Shown here: one piece after another, positions 13,545-23,990 of the stretch
How the letters are laid out: each line of letters starts with the position of its first letter
How positions within the stretch are numbered: the stretch's first letter is position 1
NCBI GenBank assembly: GCA_964016885.1
Contig: OZ024741.1
Location: 390,724,001-390,788,000 of the forward strand
Length of the DNA: 64,000 nt
DNA from: Eledone cirrhosa
Taxonomy: Eukaryota
Reading direction: 5' to 3'
Translations under genes and position numbers: made by a program
Notes under the pieces: generated by a model
The model's database searches: none
Told to the model about the DNA's origin: nothing
Seen by the model: only the letters and a program-made list of their open reading frames with translations

Positions 13545-14058
13545 GAGGAATTTAGCATACAGGTCGGTGTCCACCATGGCTCTGTTCTTAGCCCTCTCCT
13601 GTTCATTATAGTATTGCAGGCAATAACGGAGAAGTTTAAGACCAGATACCCATGGGAACTCCTATATGCGGATGATCTTGCACTTATATCTGAATCTATA
13701 GAAGAAATTCCAAACATGGGAGCAGGGACTAGAAAGAAAGGGTCTCAAAATCAACCTAACAAAGACTAAGGTCCTCGTAATTAGACGAGAAAACAGAACC
13801 CAGATCCCCTCAGGGAAATGGCCTTGCTCCGTATGTAGGAAAGGTATAGGTAGGAACTCCATCCTCTGCCCCAAATGCAAACAATGGGTACACAAGAGAT
13901 GTAGCGGGATCTCAGGAAGCTTAACTAAGAATGTAGGCTTTACATGTAGCAGCTGCACCTGGACAGTAAGCAGCAAACAGCCACAGGAAAAAAGCGCTAC
14001 CAAACTCTGGGAGGGCTCTGTCGAAACAGTAGACAGCTTCTGCTACCTAGGTGACCAA
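13545..14058 (+). mobile_element. RTE LINE family A, RT fragment
   Basis: GVHHGSVLSPLLF...ELLYADD; near-identical to 15180-15710. Confidence 0.85.
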
Positions 14059-14696
14059 GGAAGAGGGCACCAGTGGTGCCTTTTCCTGACACAAACCCAA
14101 ATTGCATCTCATCTAGTTTTAACCGGTCTCTAATCAACTGTGCTATAACTCTTTCCGTTACTTTCATGACCTGGTCCATCTACTTGATACCTCTATAGTT
14201 TCCTCTATCTAGTGCATCACCTTTACCCTTGTAGCAGTTGACAATGATGCTGCTGCACCAATCCTTTGGTATGACACCCTCTAGTATTACCTGTTTAACA
14301 ATATGTGTGGTTATGGTGTGACCTACCAACCCAGATGCCTTCAGCATCTCAGCAGATATACCCGATGGACCGGTTGCCTTCCCAGTCTTCATGTCTTTAA
14401 TTGCCTTACTTACTACGCTGCTGCTGACTTGTACTGCTGGCCCCTCTATAGGGTCCACTTGGGGTAAGGTCTTTTTTTCCCATGCATTCTCCTCATTTAG
14501 TAATCTTTCATAATGGCTCTTCCACGCATCTTTCTTCTTAGCACTTGTGAGGGCAAGCTCACCTTTATCATTCCGGATACACTTCTCTCCAATGACATCA
14601 CAATTCTCTCTGACACACTGCCTCGCAATCCTGAAGACCTCCTATTTTTGGCAAAACATGTTTCAATTTTCTATCCTCCACTTCCCTTCTTGCAAA

Positions 14697-14697
<1 letters not shown>
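14059..14697 (-). mobile_element. Inverted upstream segment of an RTE LINE
   Basis: MKTGKATGPSG...IPKDW...KGKGD...NYRGIK, QFGFVSGKGTTGALFL. Confidence 0.85.
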
Positions 14698-14740
<43 letters not shown>

Positions 14741-15000
14741 ATGTATATATTGTTGAATTTCTACATCTTTCAAATACTATCAACAACCAGACAATCCCTT
14801 TTTATAATTCTTTGACAAAAACATGTCGTCCAAGCGTGACACATCCCACAAACCCCTGTTTCCTGTTTACACCAAACCAAGTCTTTGACTGACCAATACA
14901 CATTCCAAAACACACCTTCATGCGCGCTCACACACACAAATCCTTAATTGCTCACGCGCTCATGTAAACACACTCATGAATATTGGTGAATACACACCCG

Positions 15001-16566
15001 CCTAGCTAAAAGTAAGCCACTCTACCTGGCATTCGTCGATCTCAAGAAAGCCTTTGACAGAGTTCCACGTGCTATAATCTGGTGGGCTCTTAGAAAACTA
15101 GAAGTAGATGAATGGTTTGTGAAAGCTGTACAAGCCATATATAGGGGAGCAGTCAGCAAAGTTAGGATTAGCAATGAGTATAGCGAGGAATTTAGCGTAC
15201 AGGTTGGTGTCCATCAGGGCTCTGTTCTTAGCCCTCTCCTGTTCATTATAGTCCTGCAGGCAATAACAGAGGAGTTTAAGACCAGATACCCATGGGAACT
15301 CCTGTATGCAGATGACCTCGCACTTATAGCTGAATCTATGGTAGAACTAGAGAAGAAATTCCAAACTTGGAAGCAGGGACTAGAAAGAAAGGGTCTCAAA
15401 GTCAACATGACAAAGACTAAGGTCCTTGTAAGTAGACGAGAAAACAGAACCCAGATCCGCTCAGGGAAATGGCCTTGCTCCGTATGTAGGAAAGGTATAG
15501 GTAGGAACTCCATCCTCTGCCCCAAATGCAAACAATGGGTACACAAGAGATGTAGTGGGATCTCAGGAAGCTTAATTAAGAATGTAGGCTTCACATGTAG
15601 CAGCTGTGCTGGGAAAGCAAGCAGCAAACAGCCACAGGAAACAAGTACCACCAATCTCTGGGAGGGCTCTGTAGAAACAGTAGACAGCTTCTGCTACCTA
15701 GGTGACCGAATTAGCAGCGGAGGTGGGTGTTCAGAAAGTACAATAACTAGAGTAAGAACGGGATGGAAGAAGTTCAGGGAACTACTGCCACTGCTAGCTG
15801 CAAAAGGCTTCTCCCTCAAATGAAAGGCAGACTGTATGATGCGTGTATCCGAACAGCAATGTTACATGGTAGTGAGACCTGGGCGCTGAAGGTGGAAGAA
15901 TTACATAGATTAGAAAGAAACGAAGCCTGCATGCTCCGATGGATGTGTAATAGTAATATACGCGAATGGCAAAGCATAAATGAATTGAGAGAGAGACTGA
16001 GCATAAGAGGAATCAAATGCTGTGTGCAGGAGAGGCGGTTGCGTTGGTATGGACATGTGATGTGTATGAAGGATGACAGCTGCATAAGAAAGTGCAGAGC
16101 ACTAGAAGTCGATGGAGGCCGCGAAGTGGGGAGACCCAAGATGACCTGGGATGAGGTGATAAAAGCCGACCTTACCCAGTTGCACCTCTCAAAGGTGATG
16201 ACACATGACCAGGACCTCTGGCATCACGCAGTAAAACAGAAGACCCGACTTTCCACGGGTACAAGCCAAAGCTGAAGCATATAGACAATATGCCCCCACC
16301 TCTACCACTGCAAAGTGGTCGTGGATGTGCCACGGCAAAAAAGCACCCAGCTACACTGTACAGTGGATGTGTAGGAGCCACGGAAAAAAAGCACTCATTG
16401 TAAATGAGGTTGGTGTTAGGAAGGGCATCCAGCTGTAGAAATCAAGCCAGAATCAGTTCCCGTATGAGCAAGAGAAGGTCAGCCGACCGGAACTGCCCAC
16501 AACAGGACAACCCGTCTAACCCATGTTAGCGTGGAAAAACGGACGTAAAACGGTGATGATGATGAT
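15001..16566 (+). mobile_element. RTE LINE family A 3' half (RT, PHD-like finger, C-terminus, SINE-like 3' UTR, (GAT)n tail)
   Basis: LYLAFVDL.KAFD, HQGSVLSP, YADD, CxxC..CxxCxxxxHxxC..CxxC, RRLRWYGHV; ends aaacggtgatgatgatg. Confidence 0.9.
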
Positions 16567-16758
16567 ATGTATACTCATATATATGTTGTTATATTTGGGA
16601 GGATCATATTGTTATAATATTGCCAGAAATATATAATAAAACACGCTCACTGTTAGGTCTGAGTCAGTTTTCACTCCTGTATATTTTATATCTCCATAGT
16701 TAATTTAGCTGGCAATCAATGTTTATCATTGATTGACCAACAGTTAAAAATATAGATA

Positions 16759-16797
<39 letters not shown>

Positions 16798-16981
16798 GAT
16801 TAAAAGCACTCTACAAAAAAGTTTTCTGGAGTTATTGATATTATTCAGAATATTAATAAATGAAGACATTCACATAATCAAAATATATGTTTTATTATAT
16901 ATATTTTGAAGGTATTGTGACTGCCAATACTGGAATTGAACCATCAAGACCTTTGAGGTATGTCATACATCAATTCATGTA

Positions 16982-17043
16982 TTTTATCTGACGAGGACGT
17001 ACTGAAAAAACAGCACAGCACCTTCGAAATATATATAATAAAA
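16982..17043 (+). ncRNA. Minimal hammerhead-like motif (Penelope-associated)
   Basis: ttttat-CTGACGA-...-GAAA-tatata-ta-ataaaa, lying in the spacer and right arm of an ~80-bp inverted repeat (~16840-16918 / 17013-17095). Confidence 0.5.
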
Positions 17044-17087
17044 CATATATTTTGATTATGTGAATGTCTTCATTTATTAATATTCTG

Positions 17088-17155
<68 letters not shown>

Positions 17156-17324
17156 TGAATATAAAAAAAACGAACACAGATATATAGATATATGTGTTCA
17201 AATCGCAAGGGACCAGATTCGCTAAGGTGAAAAGAATACTAACTATAGACAATAGGGTTTGCCTGTCTCAATTTAAGAAAAAAATCAAGAAAATAAATAC
17301 AAACCGGAATTGTCGTAACTACCA

Positions 17325-17402
17325 ATCACTCAGACAACTTTGTGTTGTTTCGCAATATTAATTGTGAATAGAATTACCAATTCTTGCTCATCAGTGGGTG
17401 AT
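17325..17402 (-). ncRNA. Canonical type I hammerhead ribozyme
   Basis: Minus strand: stem I atcaccca/tgagtgat, core CTGATGA, stem II gcaa...ttgc, GAAA, stem III caac-acaaa-gttg, cleavage triplet GTC. Confidence 0.8.
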
Positions 17403-17621
17403 GAATTAGTATATTGTCTATAGTTAGTATTCTTTTCACCTTAGCGAATCTGGTCTCTTGCGATTTGAACACATATATCTATATATCTGTGTTCATTTTT
17501 CTTTTATATTCAATTATAATATACGGCTCGGAAATATCTCTTTCTTAGAGCTATTTTATTGTAAGAGACTATTTTGAGTTCCTAACTCAATATATACCTT
17601 TGATATATATATATATACCTT

Positions 17622-17674
<53 letters not shown>

Positions 17675-18219
17675 TTCGGAGTTCTTTCATCACACACCTG
17701 TGACATCTGAGAGACTACATATTTATATATATATATTTAACTGTAGGTCAATCAAGGATAAACATTGATAGCCAGCTACCTAAATTCACTATAGGGATAT
17801 AAAATATACGGAAGTGAAAACCGACTCAAACCAAAGAATGAGTGTGTTTTATTATCTATTTCCGGCAATATTATATGAATATGACCCTCCCCCAATATAA
17901 AACTATTTGTTTCAGCAGACGATCTCATATCAATATCCTTGCAAAACAAATTCATCGTCGTCATATATATATATATACTCAGTAATTTCCGGAAAGTCGA
18001 TGCGGGACAAACCGTTACCCTCATTCCAGTACGCTAATCCACGTTGCTGAATAGGTACTATTTCTGGAAGCAAGAAATAGAACTTATTCTATAAGTGAAT
18101 AAAGGACGGGAAGATACGCATTTATCGAGGTATATATACTGTGTGACTGCCTGTATCGTAATATCTATTGGTATATATTTGGCCATTTTACTTTCTACGT
18201 AGACACAGTTTAGCAGTCG

Positions 18220-18360
18220 ATCTTTTCAAAACAACCAATAAACGTCAACAGGCATATATTCATTCATTGTCCAGTCACGTGATAGTTTTCTCACGAGTGA
18301 TTGGTTGTTATCAAAATTGTTAATTTAAATGGCGAACGATTAGTTGGCGGTTAATTTAAT
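18220..18360 (+). promoter_or_regulatory. KIF23 proximal promoter, G2/M-type (CCAAT boxes, CHR-like, E2F/CDE-like, E-box)
   Basis: CCAAT 18235-18239, ATTGG 18300-18304, GTCACGTGA 18274-18282, TTCAAA ~18225, TTTAAA 18324-18329, TTGGCGG 18344-18350; all 80-200 nt upstream of the ATG. Confidence 0.5.
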
Positions 18361-18428
18361 TTTGATAAACTGTGTATCTATACACTAATTTCAGCGTTGT
18401 TTCAGAGTCGGCTGATTTTATCGTCAAT

Positions 18429-18439
18429 ATGAAAGGACA
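18429..18439 (+). CDS. KIF23: Kinesin-6 KIF23/MKLP1 exon 1 (MKG+)
   Basis: ATGAAAGGACA|gtaagt; phase 2 joins exon 2 to give MKGQRGKTPKK, matching the vertebrate MKSARAKTPRK start. Confidence 0.8.
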
Positions 18440-19060
18440 GTAAGTAACTGTATTATTTTGATTTAATTTAAGAACAAAAGAAAGTACAAGAAATTCACTC
18501 CACCTGCAAAACTTGCTTCCTACCCGTCTTTTGCTTTTGTTTAGATAGATCTAGCTGATGTAATTTTATACTTCAATTTTCTCTTTGTTGTAAAATTATT
18601 TATTCGTTTTTAATGAATTGCAGAATTTGTGAAGCCGGCAGTCGGTTTCGTAGTGTTGACAGTAAGTTAAGCAATTAACCAGCATTTTAAACAAATATCA
18701 TTTAACCGTTCCGTATAGTTTTTTTATATTCAAATGTATTTCACGTAATTTCTTAGAAATTTAGTTAATTAACGATGAATAAATCCAATTTATTTTATCT
18801 TATTCGAAATTATCTTTTTCATTTTTAGAATTATATTCGGTTTTGTACTGGATGTAGTTTAACATTTCCTTATTCCTCTTATCACATATGTTTGCATAAT
18901 TTAAAACTTCAGCTAATCTCGTGCTTGCCAAAAGAAATTTTTCATTAGTGAAAATGTGAAAGCCACTTATTTGATTTTAATGCAAAACATACACACACAC
19001 ACACACACACGTGTGTGTATATATTTGTGCGTGTATACATATGTGTGTATAGGTTATGTT

Positions 19061-19093
<33 letters not shown>

Positions 19094-20599
19094 AAGGGCG
19101 GTGCCCCAGCATGGCCTCAGCCGGATGGCTGGAGCAGGTAAAAGAGTATCGGATAGAATGCTTTATAGTATTCGTTCCGATTCTTGAGTTCAAATCTCGA
19201 GGTCAACTTCGACTTTCATTCTTTCGTGGTCGATTCTTCCCGTATGTCAATGGGACGCCCCTCTATCAGGAGTTACGGGACCATACAATTATATATGTGT
19301 ATATACATCTTTGGAGTAACGATACTCGGAGTTCAGAGAGTCACTCTAGCTACTGCTCAGCTCCGATACTATGGGCATGTGGTTAGTGTCAGAGGACATT
19401 TTACGGGCAAAGCCAACCGGCAAGAGACTCAGGTGTAGACCCTGAGCAAGATGGTTAGATAAGATCCATGGCCACGCTTGAGGATTAGTTGGAGACGGTT
19501 ATTTCTGACAGTGTTTGAAGACTCTGCCCCCACGGCATTTCCTTCGAATGGAACAGTTCTAGTCCTGTAGAAGCCATTTTTATATTTATACTCTATGTAT
19601 TGAGTACCTTACTTACTGTGGTTACTCCCGATTGAACCCGGAATATACGCACGCATACACATTAATATATGTATAGATATACGAGTTATCGTTTTCTGTT
19701 ATTCTAGTTTAAGAGATAGAGTAACGTTAATCGAGGACTGTCTCAGCATAGTGGTTTTTGTCTCAACAAAAGGGTTACTGCAGGAGGTCGATCGTAGGGT
19801 GATCCTTATAGGGTTCCGTAATCAGTATTCCATGGAGTAAATACAAATAGATAAAGATTTACATGGGTTCGCAGTATACTGTACATTATGATTTATTTCA
19901 AGCATTTACATATGTTTGATTGACTATCAATCCATTAGCTATCAATTCAATCACACCCATTCTATAATCAAATAAATAACACGCACCTTAGAATATCCTA
20001 ACTATCATCATCATCATCACCGTTTTACGTCTGTTCTTCCCCGCTAGCATGGGTTAGACGGGTTGTCCTGTTGTGGGCAGTGTCTACTTGGCTGACCTTG
20101 TCTTGTTCATACGGGAACTGATTCTGGCTTGATTTCTACAGCTGGATGCCCTTCCTAACACCAAGCTCATTTACAGTGAGTGCTGGGTGCTTTTTTTTCC
20201 GTGGCACCTACACATCCACTTTACAGTGTGGGCTGGGTGCTTTTTTGCTGTGGCACCTCCATGACCACTTTGCAGTGGGAGGGTGTGGGGGTGTAGTGAC
20301 CTACATTCCGCGGGCTCACATACATTCTCTGTGCATGATTTGGCTCAGCCAATCGGCGCCAGTAGAAGAGAATGTATCCCTACGCGCCCTGAGGGAGAAA
20401 TTCCCCGCGAGGATTTGAAGAATCTCTCTCTCGCATCCTGAACATGGTAATGTAAAGACCACTTGGTCTCTTGCTGCTTCAACGCTGAAGGACCGACACG
20501 TACAGCGGGCTCACATACATTTTCTGTGCGTGATTTGGCTCATCTCAGCCAATCAGCGCAGAGAATGTAGGTCACTACAGGGGCATATTGTCTATATGC

Positions 20600-21712
20600 T
20601 TCAGCTTAATGAGTATGCTAATTACTACAATAGTGCATTACGTAAGGCTGGACATAACAATAAACAGGAGTATATAAGCGAAAGTGAGATGATTAGACAC
20701 ACACTACACTGTAGGACCAAACCCAACAATAACTGTAAGGTTAGCCGTAGTAAAACCTATCACATAAAATACAACAGTAAGGATAAGCTCAAACATGTAA
20801 TTGATAACGAGACAAATATATGCACTCTACCCCCAAGAACTGGACGTAAGAAAATCTTTAAGAATAGCCCTAGTAGCACCCACCACACTGAAATCAACAA
20901 TAAGAGTAGACAAGGTAATAGGATCTTATATAACCCCTACCCCCACCCCCCGCAGAAACCCTACACACCAGCGCCTTAAAAAAAATTTTGAAGCAGATGA
21001 TACCTCTGGTCTAATCCTGTCTTTAATTCCGCAATTAAAACCTATCTACCCCTACCATTTTTCAATCTAATAGATAAGCATTTCCCAAAATTGCATAAAT
21101 ACCGCAACATTTTTAATAGGAAAACCATCAGATTATTGTAGTCAACTGCCATCAATCTCGATGCGTACATAATGAGGCTCAACAAAAAGTGTATATCCAA
21201 GCATAATAATACACAAAACCCTAACGTATATTTTAACAACAAATGCAACACACTAGTACTCTCGCAACTGGCTAACCAACCTAAAACTACAAACCCATGT
21301 AGCATAATCAAATCTTCATCACAACCTAATGCAACTCATACCGCATATAATAGCCTAGAATCCTTACATAGAAAAATGGTCAACTGTAACTGTCCCCTCC
21401 AAAACAAATGTCTAGACTGTAGCTTAGTATACTTGTGCCCTATTAACACTAGCAAACGTAAATGGAAATATATAGGGTCCACAGAGAAGGATTTCAAGAA
21501 GCGTTGGTATGTACATAGACACTCTATAAGGGATTACAATCTCAAAAAGCAACCACATTAGCTAGCAAAATTTGGGAGTTGGAAGAATGTGGTACGAAAT
21601 GCCAACACATACAATCAAGGTTTGAAAACTTGTAACTTATGCAATCTAGAGACATTACATAATTACGGGGATCGACCTATTAAATAGCAGGATCGAATGT
21701 GTCTTTAACTGT
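20600..21712 (+). mobile_element. Penelope-like element fragment (GIY-YIG)
   Basis: YYNSALRKAG, CNCPLQNKCL...LVYLCPI...YIGSTEKDFKKRWYVHRHS; frameshifted. Confidence 0.75.
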
Positions 21713-21716
21713 AGTC

Positions 21717-22150
21717 ATCATCATCATCATCATCGTTTTACGTCCGTTCTTCCACGCTAGCATGGGTTAGACAGGTTGTCCTGTTGTGGGCAGTGTCCGG
21801 TCGGCTGACCTTGTCTTGCTCATACGGGAACTGATTCTGGTTTGATTTCTACAGCTGGATGCCCTTCCTAACACCAACCTCATTTACAGTGGGTGCTTTT
21901 TTTTCCGTGGCGCCTACACGTCCACTTTACAGTGTGGGCTGGGTGCTTTTTTGCCGTGGCACCTCCACGACCACTTTGCAGTGGAATGATAGGGATCCCA
22001 GTCCTATCATCTCATTTCTACAGCTGAGTAAACTGGAGCAATGTGAAATAAAGTGTCTTGCTCAAGAAAACAACACATCACCCAGTCTGAGAATTGAACT
22101 CACAACCTTTCGATTGCAAGGCCAATGTTCTAACCACTAAGCCATGTGCC
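21717..22150 (-). mobile_element. tRNA-headed SINE family 2 with RTE-type 3' tail
   Basis: Reverse complement of the copy at 23606-23990. Confidence 0.8.
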
Positions 22151-23028
22151 TATATATATATATATATGTATATGTATGTGTGTGTATATATATGTGTGTG
22201 TGTATATATATGCGTGTGTATATATATATATATACATGCATGTGTATATATATGCACAGGGACATAGAAATAATCGGGCTGGATACCCGATCACGTAGTT
22301 AAACCACTGGGAGAGAAGGACCCCTAGCCTTTGTCAGGGCATTCTTCTAGAAGGCAATTCAGGAAACTGGGATAACTCTGAAATAAAACCTGCGGTTCAG
22401 TAGTTACCGATGATGTTGATCTTTTCTTCTTTTCGGGTTATAGCTACTGTTGCTCAAAGAGTGGGATTGGCCCAGTGTACAGCCTTTCCTCACTTTAAAA
22501 AAAATCTTCACGTACAGGCATTGCACGATAGCATTAATTGACAATTATTAATAATGTTATATCATGCAATGGTCATACTCGATATCGGGGGGGCGGCCAT
22601 CATGCATATATATATATTGACACATCAAACTTTCTTTCTCCTTTTCCATATAATGCGTGAAACTAAGACTTTTTGTACCTTCGTTTTGTCGTTTCCTTGA
22701 ACTAAATATATCACCATTGTTTAACATCCATTTTCCACGCTACATGGGCAGGACGAGCTGTCCCGTTGTGAGAGATCCAGTTCGAAGGATCGTATTTTGC
22801 TCACACACAACTGATTTTGGGTTGGTTTCTACTGCTGGATGCGCTTTCTAACACCAACCACTTTACAGTATGGGCTGGGCACTTTTTGTCGTGACACCTA
22901 AATGACCACTTTATAGTGTGGACTGGACACTTTTGTTGTGGCTCCAGGGAGACCACTTTATGGTATGGGTTGGAGACTTGGGTGGTGGGGAAGATGCTGT
23001 GCAACATTGTTGTTTGCATACATGCATC

Positions 23029-23570
23029 TTACAATCTGCCTTTCATTTTGAGAGTAAAACCTTTTGTAGTTAACTTTCTCCAACCTGATCTCACTCTAGT
23101 TACTGTGCTTTCGGAACACCCTCCTCCACTGCTGATTTGGTCACCCAAGTAACAGAAACTATCTACCATTTCTACAGAGCCCTCTGGGCATTTGAAGGAG
23201 ATTGTATCCTGAGAGTCCTTGCTATTTACTCCACCTGTGCACTGACCACATGTAAAACCTACGTTCTTTGTTTGCCTACCTGAGATCGCACTACATCTCT
23301 TGTATACCCATTGCTTGCATTTGGAACATAGGATGGAATTTCTACCTACTCCTTTTTTGCACACTGAGCAGAGCCATTTCTCTGAGGAGATCTGGCCCCC
23401 GTTTTCCTTTCTACTTACTAGAACTTTAGTCTTTGTCAAATTGACTTTAAGACCTTTTGATTCTAGGCCATGCTTGCAGGTTTGGAATTTCATCTCTAAT
23501 TCACCTATAAGGGTTAGGTCATATGCATAGAGGAGTTCCCATGGGCAGTAAGTCTTAAACTCCTCCATTA
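23029..23570 (-). mobile_element. Older RTE RT/PHD-like fragment
   Basis: ORF 23029-23613 reads PWELLYAYD...CSVCKKGVGRNSILCSKCKQWVYKRC. Confidence 0.85.
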
Positions 23571-23605
23571 TATAAATAATAAATCCAATTATAATTGTTA
23601 TCCAA

Positions 23606-23990
23606 AGGCACATGGCTTAGTGGTTAGAGCATTGGGCTTGCAATCGAAAGGTTGTGAATTCAATACTCGGACCGGGTGATGTGTTGTTTGCTTGAGCAAG
23701 ACACTTTATTTCACATTGCTCCAGTTTACTCAGCTGTAGAAATGAGATAAGACTAGGGTCCCTATCATTCCACTGCAAAGTGGTCGTGGAGGCGCCATGG
23801 AAAAAAAGCACCCAGCACTCACTGTAAATGAGGTTGGTGTTAGGGAGGGCATCCAGCTGTAGAAATCAAGCCAGAATCAGTTCCCGTATGAGCAAGACAA
23901 GGTCAGCCGACAAGGCACTGCCCACAACAGGACAACCCGTCTAACCCATGCTAGTGTGGAAGAACGGACGTAAAACGGTGATGATGATGA
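23606..23990 (+). mobile_element. tRNA-headed SINE family 2 with RTE-type 3' tail
   Basis: A box tggcttagtggttagagc, B-box-like gaattcaatact, CORE-like ttgagcaagacacttt, tail ...cccatgctagtgtggaagaacggacgtaaaacggt(gat)n. Confidence 0.8.

Noticed and set aside
23606-23680. tRNA-like sequence
   Set aside because: It is a SINE head with a decayed B box, continuing into a SINE body with multiple copies.
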